Below, one piece after another: positions 29,557 through 41,955 of a stretch of 64,000 bases of DNA. Within the stretch, counting starts at the first letter, position 1. Every line of letters starts with the position of its first letter. The stretch covers positions 620,001 through 684,000 of the forward strand of contig JAHLTZ010000006.1 in the NCBI GenBank assembly GCA_025786725.1, read 5' to 3'. The position numbers and the translations under genes were made by a program. Source of the DNA: Syncephalis fuscata S228 (taxonomy: Eukaryota; Fungi; Zoopagomycota). The notes beneath the pieces are model-generated. The model searched no databases, was not told the DNA's origin, and saw nothing but the letters and a program-made list of their open reading frames with translations.

Positions 29557-30103
29557 GGTAAAGATCCAACAGTACTATAGAGAGTCGAAATAGTAGCAAA
29601 GCTAGTAGAAACAGAGTATTAAATAATTGATGGTGCGAATGAAAAGCAAAATTGCAACACGTCGTGATCAGTTTTTATAGCTGCTATTTGGGCAAGTCTG
29701 TGCTACAGCTGTATTTTTACCATGTCGATATCATTTGTACAAAAAAGGCGACTTAGCTTGAATCATGCGGCAAATACATGTGCATCGTCGTATGATTATA
29801 TTATGCTCACACTGTTCCTTAAATAAAGCCGGGTTATGTATTAGCGTTTTAATAATAACAAATGTTGCTTTATTTGCCTCATATATAATATCAATATCAT
29901 TAACATAATAACTTTTTTAAATTACATTAATTTACTGGATAGTATACAAAGTATTTACTATTAGTAAATTATCATATAGAATTTACTAACGGAATTTCGG
30001 TATAATTCACCAGACTCATTACTCATTTATATATTACTTAGGTCGTAATGGAGATATAATGTATATGTCGCTGTTGCAAACATATACAAGGCTGGGAGTT
30101 TGT

Positions 30104-30133
30104 GTGTTAACGGAATCCTTTTTCCGTTAACAC
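30104..30133. promoter_or_regulatory. Perfect 12-bp inverted repeat containing CGG-N10-CCG, upstream of the P450
   Basis: GTGTTAACGGAA-tccttt-TTCCGTTAACAC, overlapping a CACGTG at 30131. Regulatory function is inferred. Confidence 0.4.
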
Positions 30134-30650
30134 GTGGTTACACAAATCACACGGTTGATTTTTCTCCATTTCCACGTGTTGTTTTGCGTTTGTCATGATA
30201 TTGAAAGTGACTGTATTAATAGCTATAGCAAACCAAATTAAAGAGTATATTGATTTAATAAAGATTTAGTTATATTTCAATTTCCCAATTAACTATAATA
30301 GATCCAAGTTGTGATAATAGATTACATTAGTATTAACAATACTTAATAGCGAGCCATGTGTATTAAATATCAATTGCATAATTTAAAAAAAACAATTTTG
30401 GATTATGCATCAGCCAAGTGTTTAATATATTTAATTTAAACTATTAGTAGAATAAAGCAATTATAATTTTAAGGTATGTTTTAAAAACAAACGTTAAATT
30501 ATATAAATTATTCACTAATTTATATAATCGCCATACTTTTTTGCTATAAATATAACATACTTTAACCGTCATTGGATATTTTTAATGCCTCTATTACTAA
30601 ATTATTGCTTTATTACTAATAATAACTATTGAACAATAATAAACTATGCT

Positions 30651-32667
30651 TTAAGCTGTTGATTCATGAATAGCATTGATGTAACGCAGCTGAAAACAAG
30701 CACGATCTCTTAATAAAATGGTTCCTCGTTAGCTGTGGCAAGCCGTAGAAGATGTGTATAAAATGATTGAGTAGCTGATGGCTGGCTGCTAAATACTGCC
30801 TGTGCAGTAGAAAGCAATGCAAGCTTTACTGAGATGGAAAAACAAGCATAGTCACGAATATAAAATTCGAGTACATATGGCGTCATAGACAACGAGGCAA
30901 ATTGCTCCATGGCAGTAACTGCAATAATATAACAGAAGACTCTTCGCATAAAATGCAATGTCGTGCCAGATCAGCTAGCTTAATTTCTCCATAGAAGCAA
31001 ACGCACTAGAATGAGTGCTTACTACTTCTATAGTTGATATATATGTATAAACGTAAAGCTTTGTACTATGTATTATTAGCACATACCTTCAGTGCACAAA
31101 GTATTGCTTTGCGTACTTGTATCAAAGCAGGTAAAGTGGACGATGAACCACTGTTCATATCCTCCAGTATTGCCACCAACTTATTCCCGCATTGTAACGC
31201 AGTATCCTCGGTAAACATGCCGATATTACCAATAGCTTTAATGATGATCTGATCATGCTGTGGTGTGGTTTCTCCAATCCATCCACTGAATACAATTAGA
31301 ATTGGAATAAATAAATTATTTACTATTACCTTAACTCATCTATAATTTCTGCTGCACTTGCGGCATCAGTGCCACTTGTAATACAATCCAATTTAATTTG
31401 AGTTAGATAGGATGGATCATGCGCTCTAAATAGAACACATTAAATTGTTATTATTATTATTATGCTGTTTATATAACCCGCTTACTTTATACGTAGTGCA
31501 GCCACATCCAGTGTAGAGTATAGCATGTTATAGTTGATGCAAAGCTGCTGTAAGGTTTCCAAACATGCAAAGGCGATTTCTGAAGTGCTAGTCGATATTA
31601 GAAATAATAGCGATTCTAATTACATATGTTAATTATAATATTGCAAAATACCAATTAGCTACTTGCGTTTAGCACGGGCCAGTACATCTTCCTTTACTGC
31701 CGGCAGTGTTGCACTTTGATGAAGAAATAGGTGTGTGACCTCGGAAACGACAGCACAGCTAGTATGTGTCAAATATTCATTGAGTGTATTCTATAATATG
31801 GTTAATTGCATATCCTCAAAACAATATGATTATTCCATGGTCTTACAAGTATTGATAGTATCTCATCTTCAGATGATGGTTTAAACGTCTTTAAATAGCG
31901 GAATACAATACACTTTTGTGCATCATCAACATCTGGCACCATACCCATTAAATCTTCCGCTCGATCAATGTTCATATCACCAATTAAATCTGAATTTGGA
32001 TCAACATCTAACAGAACTGAAATAGCCGACAAACATATATCAGGATGTGCATTTGATATTATCCTTAATAGTTCCTTCTTCATGGCATCATCTATAATGG
32101 TTGTCGTCAATTAGAAATAAACAATTATATCGTCTCATCAATGACTATAGCTCATTTACCAAATGGACCTCCATTCGCTACTAAGCGACGAATGCCATAG
32201 ATCGCCTGTAAGCGCACATCATCACTTGGATCTTGTAGACGAGCCACGACTTGTCGATGCACTTGTGGTCATGAACACTGCTTCTATAATTATCTGTTAG
32301 TCTTTGTTGGGCCCAGTAGAGAGCGGTACTTGCTTCAACGAACACAAGTGGCGTATGGCCAATGCTCGCATGGATGCCTCACTTTGGGCACAGTTCTTTA
32401 AAAGCTGGCCCACGAAACTTGCATAGAGTTCAGGTCGTTGTCTAAGTTGACTGGAGATGGCACCGTAAAGCACCTTGCGAGTGGCTAAATCTCCTTTGGC
32501 AGCCTCCTATTTATACATTCTTGCTGTAATAGCTATACCGCTGTCTATTTGTTACTATTTACCGCTTGAAGCAGCTCTAAAGAGTCGGCCATGTCAGTGC
32601 CCCGTGTAGATAGGGCAAGTACGCGCGACATTAGTCCCACTTGCCCAGTTGTATCTTGACTTGTCAT
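30651..32667 (-). CDS. AP4B1: Adaptor protein complex beta subunit, AP-4 beta-like trunk (HEAT repeats), multi-exon
   Basis: Segments YLKTFKPSSEDEILSI-LNTLNEYLTHTSCAVVSEVTHLFL...VKEDVLAR, DPSYLTQIKL, PYVLEFYI, VKLALLST and LRDRA (after a one-base shift at ~30713) follow the order I recall for AP-4 beta. Confidence 0.7.
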
Positions 32668-32751
32668 GGTATTACGTATTAATGTACTGTTTATGGTGGA
32701 AAGAAATAAAGAATAGACTCTATTTTATTTACGTTCTGTCTTCATTCTAAT

Positions 32752-35700
32752 ATGACGACCATTATTGCCACCACACCTAGTATTACCAGTACGCGTACAG
32801 AGAAGGAAGAAGCGGCATTTCGGCGCATTATTGAGCTGGATGCACGATGTCGCGATCCATTGCCGACACGTCGAGGACATGCGGTATTCTCATTTGTAGA
32901 CGTGTTCGACGAGTCGCCCACGACCGTCATTCTATACACTGGAATCCAAAAGTTGGCTGACTTGTTTGAAACGACGTAACTGCCTTTTATAAGTACTTAC
33001 GTAGCTTGGTATTTAACTAATGCATTTCTAGCGATAATACAATGCGGTTTGCTGTTGTTCAAGTATTACGTGAGGCGCGACGTCATTTTGCCATTCTAGA
33101 CAATGTTGACCAAGCTGCCCGCCGTATTATGGCGGTGGCTGAAAAGCGCACAGATAGACTTTCGCATCGACTGGCTTTACTGTAATTAAACTTTATTATC
33201 TTAGTGGATACAATGTTACTTAAACTACTGTTAGTGCACTAGATTGTCTTGTTAATATACTCGATAGCCCATTGGATGTATATCATAAGTAGGTATAAAA
33301 TTTACATTCTACACTATGTATTGATTATTTGATTAGCGTGGTCAAGCTACTGAGTGCGCCAGATAAAAGTGTACAACGAACAGCTATACGAGTGGCCAGT
33401 CGATTATATCGAAATTCAGTAGTATTTCAACGAATTGCCTTGGCCGAAATAGTCTCGAATATAGAAGGTAGTTAATATAAATATAAATATATAGGCGTAT
33501 AATATTAACCATAATGATTAACCAATTTAAAGATAACAATATTATGGATGACACTACAAAGGCACAGTTATTACGTATGTTGGGACAGACACGCTGTGAT
33601 CTCCATCTTGCTTACAAGGTGAGTAGATTTATGTAATTTATAGATTAATTGATCATTAACTGATCTGTATGGTAGACAATGCAATTACTAGCAAATTACG
33701 CACTCCAATCACATCACTCGCACATTTTCCGTTTAATGGCCTTGAATGGATGGACAGCATTATTAGTACATACCATAACTCGAACAAAACATGATATAGT
33801 CCCGGTATGGTCATCTCTATTAAATGACCAGTCGGTAGTGATACGTGTAGCTACTTTGCAACAAATAGTAAAGCTATTGGTCAATAATGAAGGGCTATTT
33901 ACACATATGGATACTTTATACGATGCAAGTATATAATAGCCATATATTTATAGTATAAATTAACGTGACAATATTAGGTACTAAGTGAAAGGGCGATGAC
34001 ACCAGAAGCTGATATGGAAAGAGTATTGTCCATGATTAGTTTGCATTTATGGCATAAAATGGCAGACCCAACTATTACACAAACGAGTACAATACCACCT
34101 GCATTAGAGTTGGGATCATTGCCGGTAGAACAGTTAACAGTAAATACTAGATATCAATTAATGAGTATATTACTGTCGATATCTGGTAAATAGTTACTAT
34201 TAAACAAGTTGAATACACTGCTTACCTATAATTAGAGCAATTATCTTCATTGGTTATTATGGATTTTGCCATACAGTTTCTAGACCGTATATTGTCATTG
34301 AATCCATGTACTTTGTCGGTAAGTAATAACAGTAATAACATCACAGCCATCCACCGCTGAATATTGATAAATTAACAAATAGACGGGACAATTGTATAAA
34401 CTATTAAAACGGCTAACAAGTTCAAATAGCCAGTTATTAGCAGCTGCTAATGTTTATGAACGAGTATTTAACTTAACTAAATTAAAAAATATCACAGGTA
34501 ATTATATTTAACAATTAATATGGTTCGTATTAATATTAATATAAATATATTTAGTACCTATACGTGAATTACTGCTCAGTTGTTTATTGCGCCTACCAGC
34601 AGTGGATTCGACACAAGTGGTACAGCAATGTCAAATCAATTTGACAATATTTATTAACCGTGTATGGGATGATATTTCGGTAATTTGCTATTCATATAAC
34701 TAGACCATCACTTATTCAATATACTTTAGTTGTATTATCTCAAATTAACACTGCATTTATCAACATCGGGATTACTATCAATACATGATCGAAAACATAT
34801 ACTTTATCAATTAATTGATATACTTCAAAGGTTTGAGGACGAGCTACTGCTTTATAGTACAGATAAACAAAAGAATATATACTGGATTGCGTATAATATA
34901 GCGCTATTGTGCGGTCAAGCTGGTCTATTCTGTCGGATGGATCGGCTGTTAACACCATTACTCAAACATGTAAGTCGTTATTAATTTGCAGTATAATAGC
35001 AGTACTAATACTAATATTTGCTATTACAATATTTTAATAAGCTACATAATCCATCTATCTATTACTGGATAGAAACAGTACATGGACTATCTCGAGTATT
35101 AAAGGAATTAAATCAGTCTATGGATATTACTGCATTGACAACCAATTGTTCAACTGCATCCGCAAATCTATTTAAACTAACTGCAAGCCTTCAAGTAAAT
35201 ACATATGGTTATATTAAGCGTTCACATGCACTAATGACAGCACAATTAGTCGCTAAAATCATACAGTGGGCAATCTTTATCATTTCAGTTTTGGTGGTTG
35301 CATTTATATGCCCAATGTCTACAAGCTATGACTAGTATTGGCCATTACTTTAATATAAATATAGATTCTCACCACAAACAAAATATACAGCCAATTGTGA
35401 GTAATAAACGACAGTATATGGTAGTCAAATACTTAGTATTATTTAATTAGATGAGCTCCATTCGCGTGTTTGATGAGTTAGCCGATCAGTTTTTTGGTTT
35501 ATCTCGATCATTTCCCTCGGTTAAACAGCAATCATTGCATGATCATACTTTAAACAGATATCCTTTACAATGTTAATTGTAATGTTTTGACCACTAATTG
35601 AAATCATTTAACTTATTGCTATACAGGGCGTGCCTCGTGTCAATTAATATCATATTTACTTCGTAGATATTGTAGTATTAAAAATCTACCAAGCAGGTAT

Positions 35701-36562
35701 GTGGTCATATAACTAATTGGTTACCTTATTTACAAAAAATAAATAGGTCAGATCAAGCCAAACAAGAAGCTCATACAACCGATTGGTATAGAAATAGAAT
35801 AGTTCAATTTAATACGCTTGATCTAAATAACTCGACACTTTTATTTGAGCTTGTTAAAGTGAGTCGATTATTAGTAATAATAGTATACAGTTAATCTGAT
35901 ATATATATATATATATATCAATAGGATTGTGTCATTTGGCCTTTACCACAGCAGTTTTGTAATCCTGAATCAAAGCAGCTATTAATTCAGGTAGATTTTA
36001 TTAATGCTTTATTAATGATTAAGTAATTGACGATTAGTACAATGATTAGATGGATAATATTCCAAATTCTATTCAGACACCGTTAAATGAGTGCACTTTT
36101 TTATCCATCTCTGGACGATTACCAGGTTATTTCTTTTCGGACAAAACTCGGCCATTTGTATCTGTTTTAATTGAAATGACACCTGTTTACGATAAATCCA
36201 TATGGTTGCCGCCACGTAGTGGAAACTATTACGATTATTTATGGGGCCGGGCTCCTTACGTGACAGGTCCATTAGCGTGTCGTTGGCAGCGCACACCTTC
36301 CACCGATAATTCAATACTCGTTGCAGGTACACGTGAATCCAATCAAGCAGCAGTATCACTATTGGATAAATTGCCGACCACGTATACTGCACCGCTTGTT
36401 GATGGCCGATTTGAATGTAAAGTGGTCGTGCCAGCATGGATGTCAGAAGAGCAGACGAGAAATGGATTTGTTCTACAAATTCGACTCAATGTTAAAGATA
36501 GTAATAAAAATGTATGGCACGCTGATACTGATAAGTATCTTGCTATCCAATGCATGCCATAA
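32752..36562 (+). CDS. INTS7: Integrator complex subunit 7-like, multi-exon
   Basis: N-terminus IIELDARCR...AVFSFVDVF...IQKLADLFETT-DNTMRFAVVQVL...NVDQAARRIMAV and C-terminal VKDSNKNVW resemble INTS7 as I recall it (LMELDKGLR...LKLADVF...NNFLRL...NVDEFVKRIFSV; VKDANGIVW). Confidence 0.78.
35558..35624 (+). other. U12-type AT-AC intron in INTS7
   Basis: Donor ATATCCTTT, branch-like TCATTTAAC, acceptor TAC. The AC acceptor keeps the frame open (HTLNR-GRASCQLISYLL); the adjacent AG does not. Confidence 0.8.
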
Positions 36563-36649
36563 ACTAAATAAATATAAATAATTTAAATTATGTGCATTTA
36601 TATTATTATAAGTTTATTAATAAAACTTAATAGTAAAAGAGCAAATGCA

Positions 36650-37335
36650 TTAAGCGTTGTTTTTGCCATTAAGAAGCATACTAATTGTAACCTTGTAACT
36701 ATAGTTTCCAGTGTTGTAAGCAGAGTGATTGGCGCCAGAACTGTACTCACTGTGACTATAGTCATGTTTTTTAAACAATCCATATTGTTGTTTGCTATAA
36801 TTTTTGTTGATTGAATTATATTGCTGATTATTAGTCAAGTTGCTTGAGCCATTTGAGCTATGGTTGTTGGCTGAATTATATTGCTGAGCATCGCTTGAAT
36901 CGTGTAAGTTATATTGTCCTGGAACAGGGCCATATCCAGTTGCTATTTGCTTTCCTGAATCAATGCTGTTGGCGAGGCCATTGGTATTAGCATTGCCGTT
37001 TGGAGTCCAAACGCTGTAGGTAGTGGTACCGACGGTATTTTTTCGCCGTTACCACTAGTTTGTTGATGGCTACCTCGGTGCTTGGAGCCATGTTTGCCCT
37101 TGTGGTGACCAGTACTTTTATGATAAGTAGTATGAGTGCTAAATTGTTGAGTATTAGCACCGCTATTAGACGAAGATGAAGATGGTGGCGACGAGGTTGA
37201 AAAGCTGCTTTGATTGTTACTGTTGCCATATGAGGTGTTAGTATTGTCATTTTTCTGCTTTGCGTCGCCACTATAATTGGTGGATGCATTAGTCTGTTGA
37301 GTATTGGCAATGTTGGTACTTGAAGATAAACTAGA
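36650..37335 (-). pseudogene. Frameshifted low-complexity Ser/Asn/Gln/His-rich coding remnant
   Basis: Shifting frames read SSSTNIANTQQTNASTNYSGDAKQK..., HKSTGHHKGKHGSKHRGSHQQ and QQYNS repeats. No start codon or signal peptide is evident. Confidence 0.4.
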
Positions 37336-37574
37336 AACTGAAGTAAATACCAGTCAAGTAGTATTTAATAAATATAAATATCAAGTGAAAAGGGAAGTGC
37401 AATAAAATAAGTTCAAATGACAAATAGTAATTTAAATATAGATAAATTTAATTGACTCGTCAATCATCCAAGTCTTTATAGTTGATTTTGTAAAATGAGC
37501 AATTTATTTGGCATTTTTGACAAAGCAATGTTCAGTTAATAAAAAATATATAAATAAAGGTTACTTTTGTTGTA

Positions 37575-37800
37575 ATTTGTTACGTTTATATAATAAAAAT
37601 AGTGGCTACATTAATTTAAGAACTGGTCAGGGTAGTCAGGGATTGAAAAAAGCTTAAATATTTTATTGATAATATTAGATGTCTTCTTATGTAGTGTTTT
37701 CTATGTAATGCCATATCAACACTTGGAACATTTAGTAGGTAAATTCTGGATTTTTATAATACAAAGAACTGTATAGCCATAATGATTATATTTTATGACA
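37575..37800 (-). repeat. Copy A of a ~230-bp dispersed non-coding element
   Basis: The reverse complement aligns to 43660-43885 through shared blocks TATGGCTATACAGTTCTT, ATCCAGAATTTA, AAATGTTCyAAGTGTTGAT, CCCTGACCA and ACTATTTTTATTATAyAAACGTAA. Confidence 0.8.
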
Positions 37801-38292
37801 CACTTTTTAAAAGCTGTACAATACGAATACTGCTTTGGATCATTCATCTTAGCAAGTTGATATAAAAATAGAAAACAAAAATGTAGCAATAATAGGAGCA
37901 AAAAAGCAGTTATATATGCAAGAATGCAGCCGTAAATAGAACAGAAATGTAGTAATAAAAAGAGACATAGTAAGCATTATTTATTACACGTATCATACTA
38001 ACTTATCGATTTGTATTGTTATATTGTATTTCAATTTTAACTATTTTTAAATCATGCCACTATCCGTCCATGAATTTATTGCCGCTATTAAGCAGAAAAA
38101 GAAGGAAGAAAATGAGTTAAAATATAAGAAACAGAAAGAAGGTAATGATGATATTTATGATTTATGCTTTAAATTTATTTATATGATTAATATATATTTG
38201 TAGTAGTTTGCGCAGATTGTAACAAATTGATAAATATCTTTCTTTTTAAACAAGTATTTAATGTTTATTGTAAATAATCATTTAAACACAAA

Positions 38293-39549
38293 TTAATTTA
38301 ACAACTCATTACAATCAATTGCGTAAAAAGATTTGCTGTCCCGGGAGGGTAAAGTAAAGCCTTGTTGGGCAGCACTGCTGCTTTGCTGATCTTCACCGTT
38401 ATACTGAGCGTTTACATCATCGCTTGAAGTGATGGGGGATGAATTTGCGTCGCCTTTCTTGGATGCAGTGCTAGGAGCTAAATTATTGTATTCCTGATTA
38501 AAATAGTTGTCAGTGGAAGAAGATGCAGCCTTGCTGTCGAGTTCTGGAGCGTCATTTCCTGTAGAAGCAGAAGAGGAGCTTTGAGAAGCATTACTGTTAG
38601 CTTCCGGCTTATTGTCATAAGTAGAAGCGGAAGGAGAAAAAATCTGAGGGGCTTTGCTATCAGCTTCTGGAGCACTATTGCTAGTAGAGGCAGAAGAAGG
38701 CGAAGAAGAGGAAGAAGATTCAACAGCGCTAGCATCGGCACCATCCGAGATAGCAACAGTAAATTGAGTGTCGCTGTCGTCACGACGAACATTTCTGTCA
38801 TCGGAAAATTGTTCCCAAGGAATTCTTTCTGGAGAAGCTACAGCACCTTGTTTTCCATCACCTGGCTCGCCGACCACAGTGCCATCGCGAGTAGACGTAG
38901 AGCCAATAGGAATTGTGACTATCTTTCGTTTGGGGAAATACTCCTTGCCATCATGTTTGCCATCAGTGTTGGCCCACTGCGGAATCTGGGGCTTGCCTTC
39001 TAGCTGGGCAACGAATAGCTCGGGACCAGTAAGACTGCCTGTGTCACTACCACCGCTAATTTCAACATCAGCACAGTTCATGTAGTATTCACGATTGCCT
39101 TCAGCGTTTAGCCAAGTCCAACCAAAGACTGCTGGACCGTTCTTAGCGCCCTTGGGCAATGGGATGTGGTAGCTGTAGGGAGCTGAGCCAAGGAAGCATA
39201 AATCAATAATAGTTTTTAAAACTACCCAGTTTTTGCCATTATCGTAGGAAAGTGCAAATTGACAATGGCCGCCTTTGTGTGAGTTACCGGCATGGAAGCT
39301 GGCCGTGAAAGATTTACCGGCCGTGTATTTGCCAGTTACTGGGCCAACCTTTTGGTGGCGGCAAGGGAATGGGCCAGGAAAGTTAATAGCATTAAGCGGA
39401 GCGTTCAAGTTGTAGTCGACGGCGCCATAGCCTTTATTACGAGGATCGGCACGTGGAATTGGTGAGAAAAGTTGCATGTGGCCAGCCACTAGTTCCAACG
39501 AACTAAAGCCAAGAATGGCAGTGCCGATTATACTCATCCAAGAAACCAT
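38293..39549 (-). CDS. Secreted lytic polysaccharide monooxygenase, AA11 family (copy 1)
   Basis: Signal peptide then His1 (AG|HMQL), HKGGHCQFALSYD and WTWLNAEGNREYYMNCADVEI; Ser/Asp-rich tail; intronless. Confidence 0.88.
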   Translation of the reverse strand: MVSWMSIIGTAILGFSSLELVAGHMQLFSPIPRADPRNKGYGAVDYNLNAPLNAINFPGPFPCRHQKVGPVTGKYTAGKSFTASFHAGNSHKGGHCQFALSYDNGKNWVVLKTIIDLCFLGSAPYSYHIPLPKGAKNGPAVFGWTWLNAEGNREYYMNCADVEISGGSDTGSLTGPELFVAQLEGKPQIPQWANTDGKHDGKEYFPKRKIVTIPIGSTSTRDGTVVGEPGDGKQGAVASPERIPWEQFSDDRNVRRDDSDTQFTVAISDGADASAVESSSSSSPSSASTSNSAPEADSKAPQIFSPSASTYDNKPEANSNASQSSSSASTGNDAPELDSKAASSSTDNYFNQEYNNLAPSTASKKGDANSSPITSSDDVNAQYNGEDQQSSSAAQQGFTLPSRDSKSFYAIDCNELLN

Positions 39550-41797
39550 TGCGTTAAAAAGATTGAAAATAAAATGAGATTATGAATCAGTTAAAACGTG
39601 ATAAAGGCAGCCAGGCCTAGTGTGAAAGTGAATCAGTAGGAAATCACAAGTAAAGATGTTGGTTGGTTATAAAATACAGGAGTATGTGTACTTTTGGTTT
39701 CGCTTATATATGGGTCATGGCCAACTTTTGGCCATAGTACAATACAATGCACTATTTTACTTAAAAAAACGACTTAAAGTAGTATTCCTTTTTTCGATGA
39801 TGGTAACCATCTGTTTGGAATTATCAGGTGCTTTAGAAAAAGGCCTCAGATATTTATTGTATGAAGTGGACTAAGTATCAGTAGAGTCTGGAGTCTGATA
39901 ATTGAACACAGCATAAATGGCATTAAAAAGGAGTCGTAGCACACATGTTTTATAACTAATGAAATACGCCAGTTTTAATAATGTTTTGTATAAGGCCAAA
40001 TAAAAGGCGCTGTCCAAGTTCCTGGCCACAGGCGTGTCCTACAAATGCCTGTAATATATGCTTTATCGATTAAAAGATACAGATAAAGTAATTTAGAAAT
40101 AATAAAGCAAATAAATAATAGAGCAAGACAAGCCAAATACATTAACATACAAACCGTTGCTGTATAGCTATTAATGAGTTTTACTACTTTACAGCAAAGG
40201 TAAAAACAAGCCATTTACCACTTGTACTACCCGGCCTGTGAATTAATACGTTCATTTATTGAACAAACGATTGGTGGACTTTATTCGGCAGTCACAGTAT
40301 ACTGAAACAACGGCCAATTTTCGCCGAACACCACATCCGCTTAATAGACTGGTTAGTCTAGAATCTGATAGTTTGTTGGCGATTGTAAACTAATAAATTT
40401 TAAATTATAAACTAAACTATTTTTATCCATTGTGCTAATTTACAATCATTTATTCCAGCTACAATAATACTCATCTAAAACATTTCTATGTGTTTAAATG
40501 CTATATTAAGTTTAACACAATTAATAAATTCTTTTATATGTATTTATTAGGCAAACAGTGATTACTAAAGTATTATTGCTTTGTTTTGGAATACTTGATG
40601 ATAATAATGAGTATTTTGATAACTGATGTCATTCGCCGCTTAGCATCATGTTCAATAGATTAAATGTTATTAAAAATAGTTATTTGATCCCAAATCACAT
40701 TGTGCTACTAGTGGATTGATGACAAAAGAGTGCATATTAATATTAAATCACACACAACTTGTTATGTAATCAACGCATTTTATATAGCATGATAAATATA
40801 AAAGTATATATGCCTTTTAAATTACAAACGAAATAACACACATTTTATGTTATTAATGTGATAATATAAGCACAAATAAATAATTTGAATGTAGCTGTTC
40901 CGAGTGTAATTAGTTGTAATATATTAATATAATAATACGATTCAAGTGATTAAATGATGCATTATAACTAACAACTCGATTGTTCATCTATCTATAATTA
41001 ATTCTTATATTTACTTAACTATAAAAGCGCTTGATTATTTTTTTACTATAGAAAATATATAATATTTCATGAGATAATATGTCAATCTACCGTGCAAAAC
41101 ATTTGTATGGTGACTTTATAGTGCTTAATTCAGCTATAGCAAGGAAATGCTATAGCTATAAAATTATTTAAAAGGTCAATTGACAAGATAAACTAAAACA
41201 TTAGTTTAATTAAATTTCATAAGTTACCAAAATGTAAAATGGCTATCAAACTGCTTAGTTTGCACCGGGTCTATTAATTTGCCAAAAAGAAATAGCGCAG
41301 TTTCAGCATAAACGGAGTTTGGATTTTTTAGCTTCTAACTTGCCTGCTGATCTTTAGGCTACATTAGTAATCTATATATCCTTCAAACACTTTCGTTACC
41401 AAATGCGTCTAATCACTGCAGTGTTAAAAAAGTACGCATTATTTCATGGGATCTAATGCCTACAAATTTAGTAATTGTATGAGAATAATATTTTAGCTTC
41501 TTATTTATAAACTTCGGATCCGCAAAAAACGTAGTATTCCCAAAAGTAGTTATTGAATTACAATATTACCAATTTCCATATAAATGCTAATTTCTAATTT
41601 GAGCGTTGTTCGCACAATGTTTATTGGCGTCTGTGTTGTAAATCTTTAAATGGGAGCATTGTAAGATAGAGCCTGTTTATCAGCTGTTGTACTTTTACAG
41701 AATTGGTAAGTTTTAGCATTCCACTTTTGGAATTATATTGATACTAAGCTAAGTAATGCTAGTAGTGGGCTATCCCGAAGCTTTTAAATCGCACGCT

Positions 41798-41804
41798 TAT
41801 AAAA
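41798..41804 (+). promoter_or_regulatory. TATA box of AA11 copy 2
   Basis: CTTATAAAAGG about 155 bp upstream of the ATG; the same string lies upstream of copies 3 and 4. Confidence 0.6.
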
Positions 41805-41955
41805 GGTTTGGCGTCCGCAATTCAAGCTGAGCTATTGTAACCTCATCAACTTTCTCAACATCATACACTCCCTTATACAACGGCCTGGCGCCTTGCTATC
41901 CTATTCAAATTATTTTTTTGTTACTTTTAAACATACTGCTGCTACTAAACAAACT

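Noticed and set aside
5700-35920. (TA)n and (AAT)n tracts (e.g. 5701, 14755, 16215, 21146, 35900)
   Set aside because: Ordinary microsatellites, mostly intronic; not CRISPR-like or telomeric arrays.
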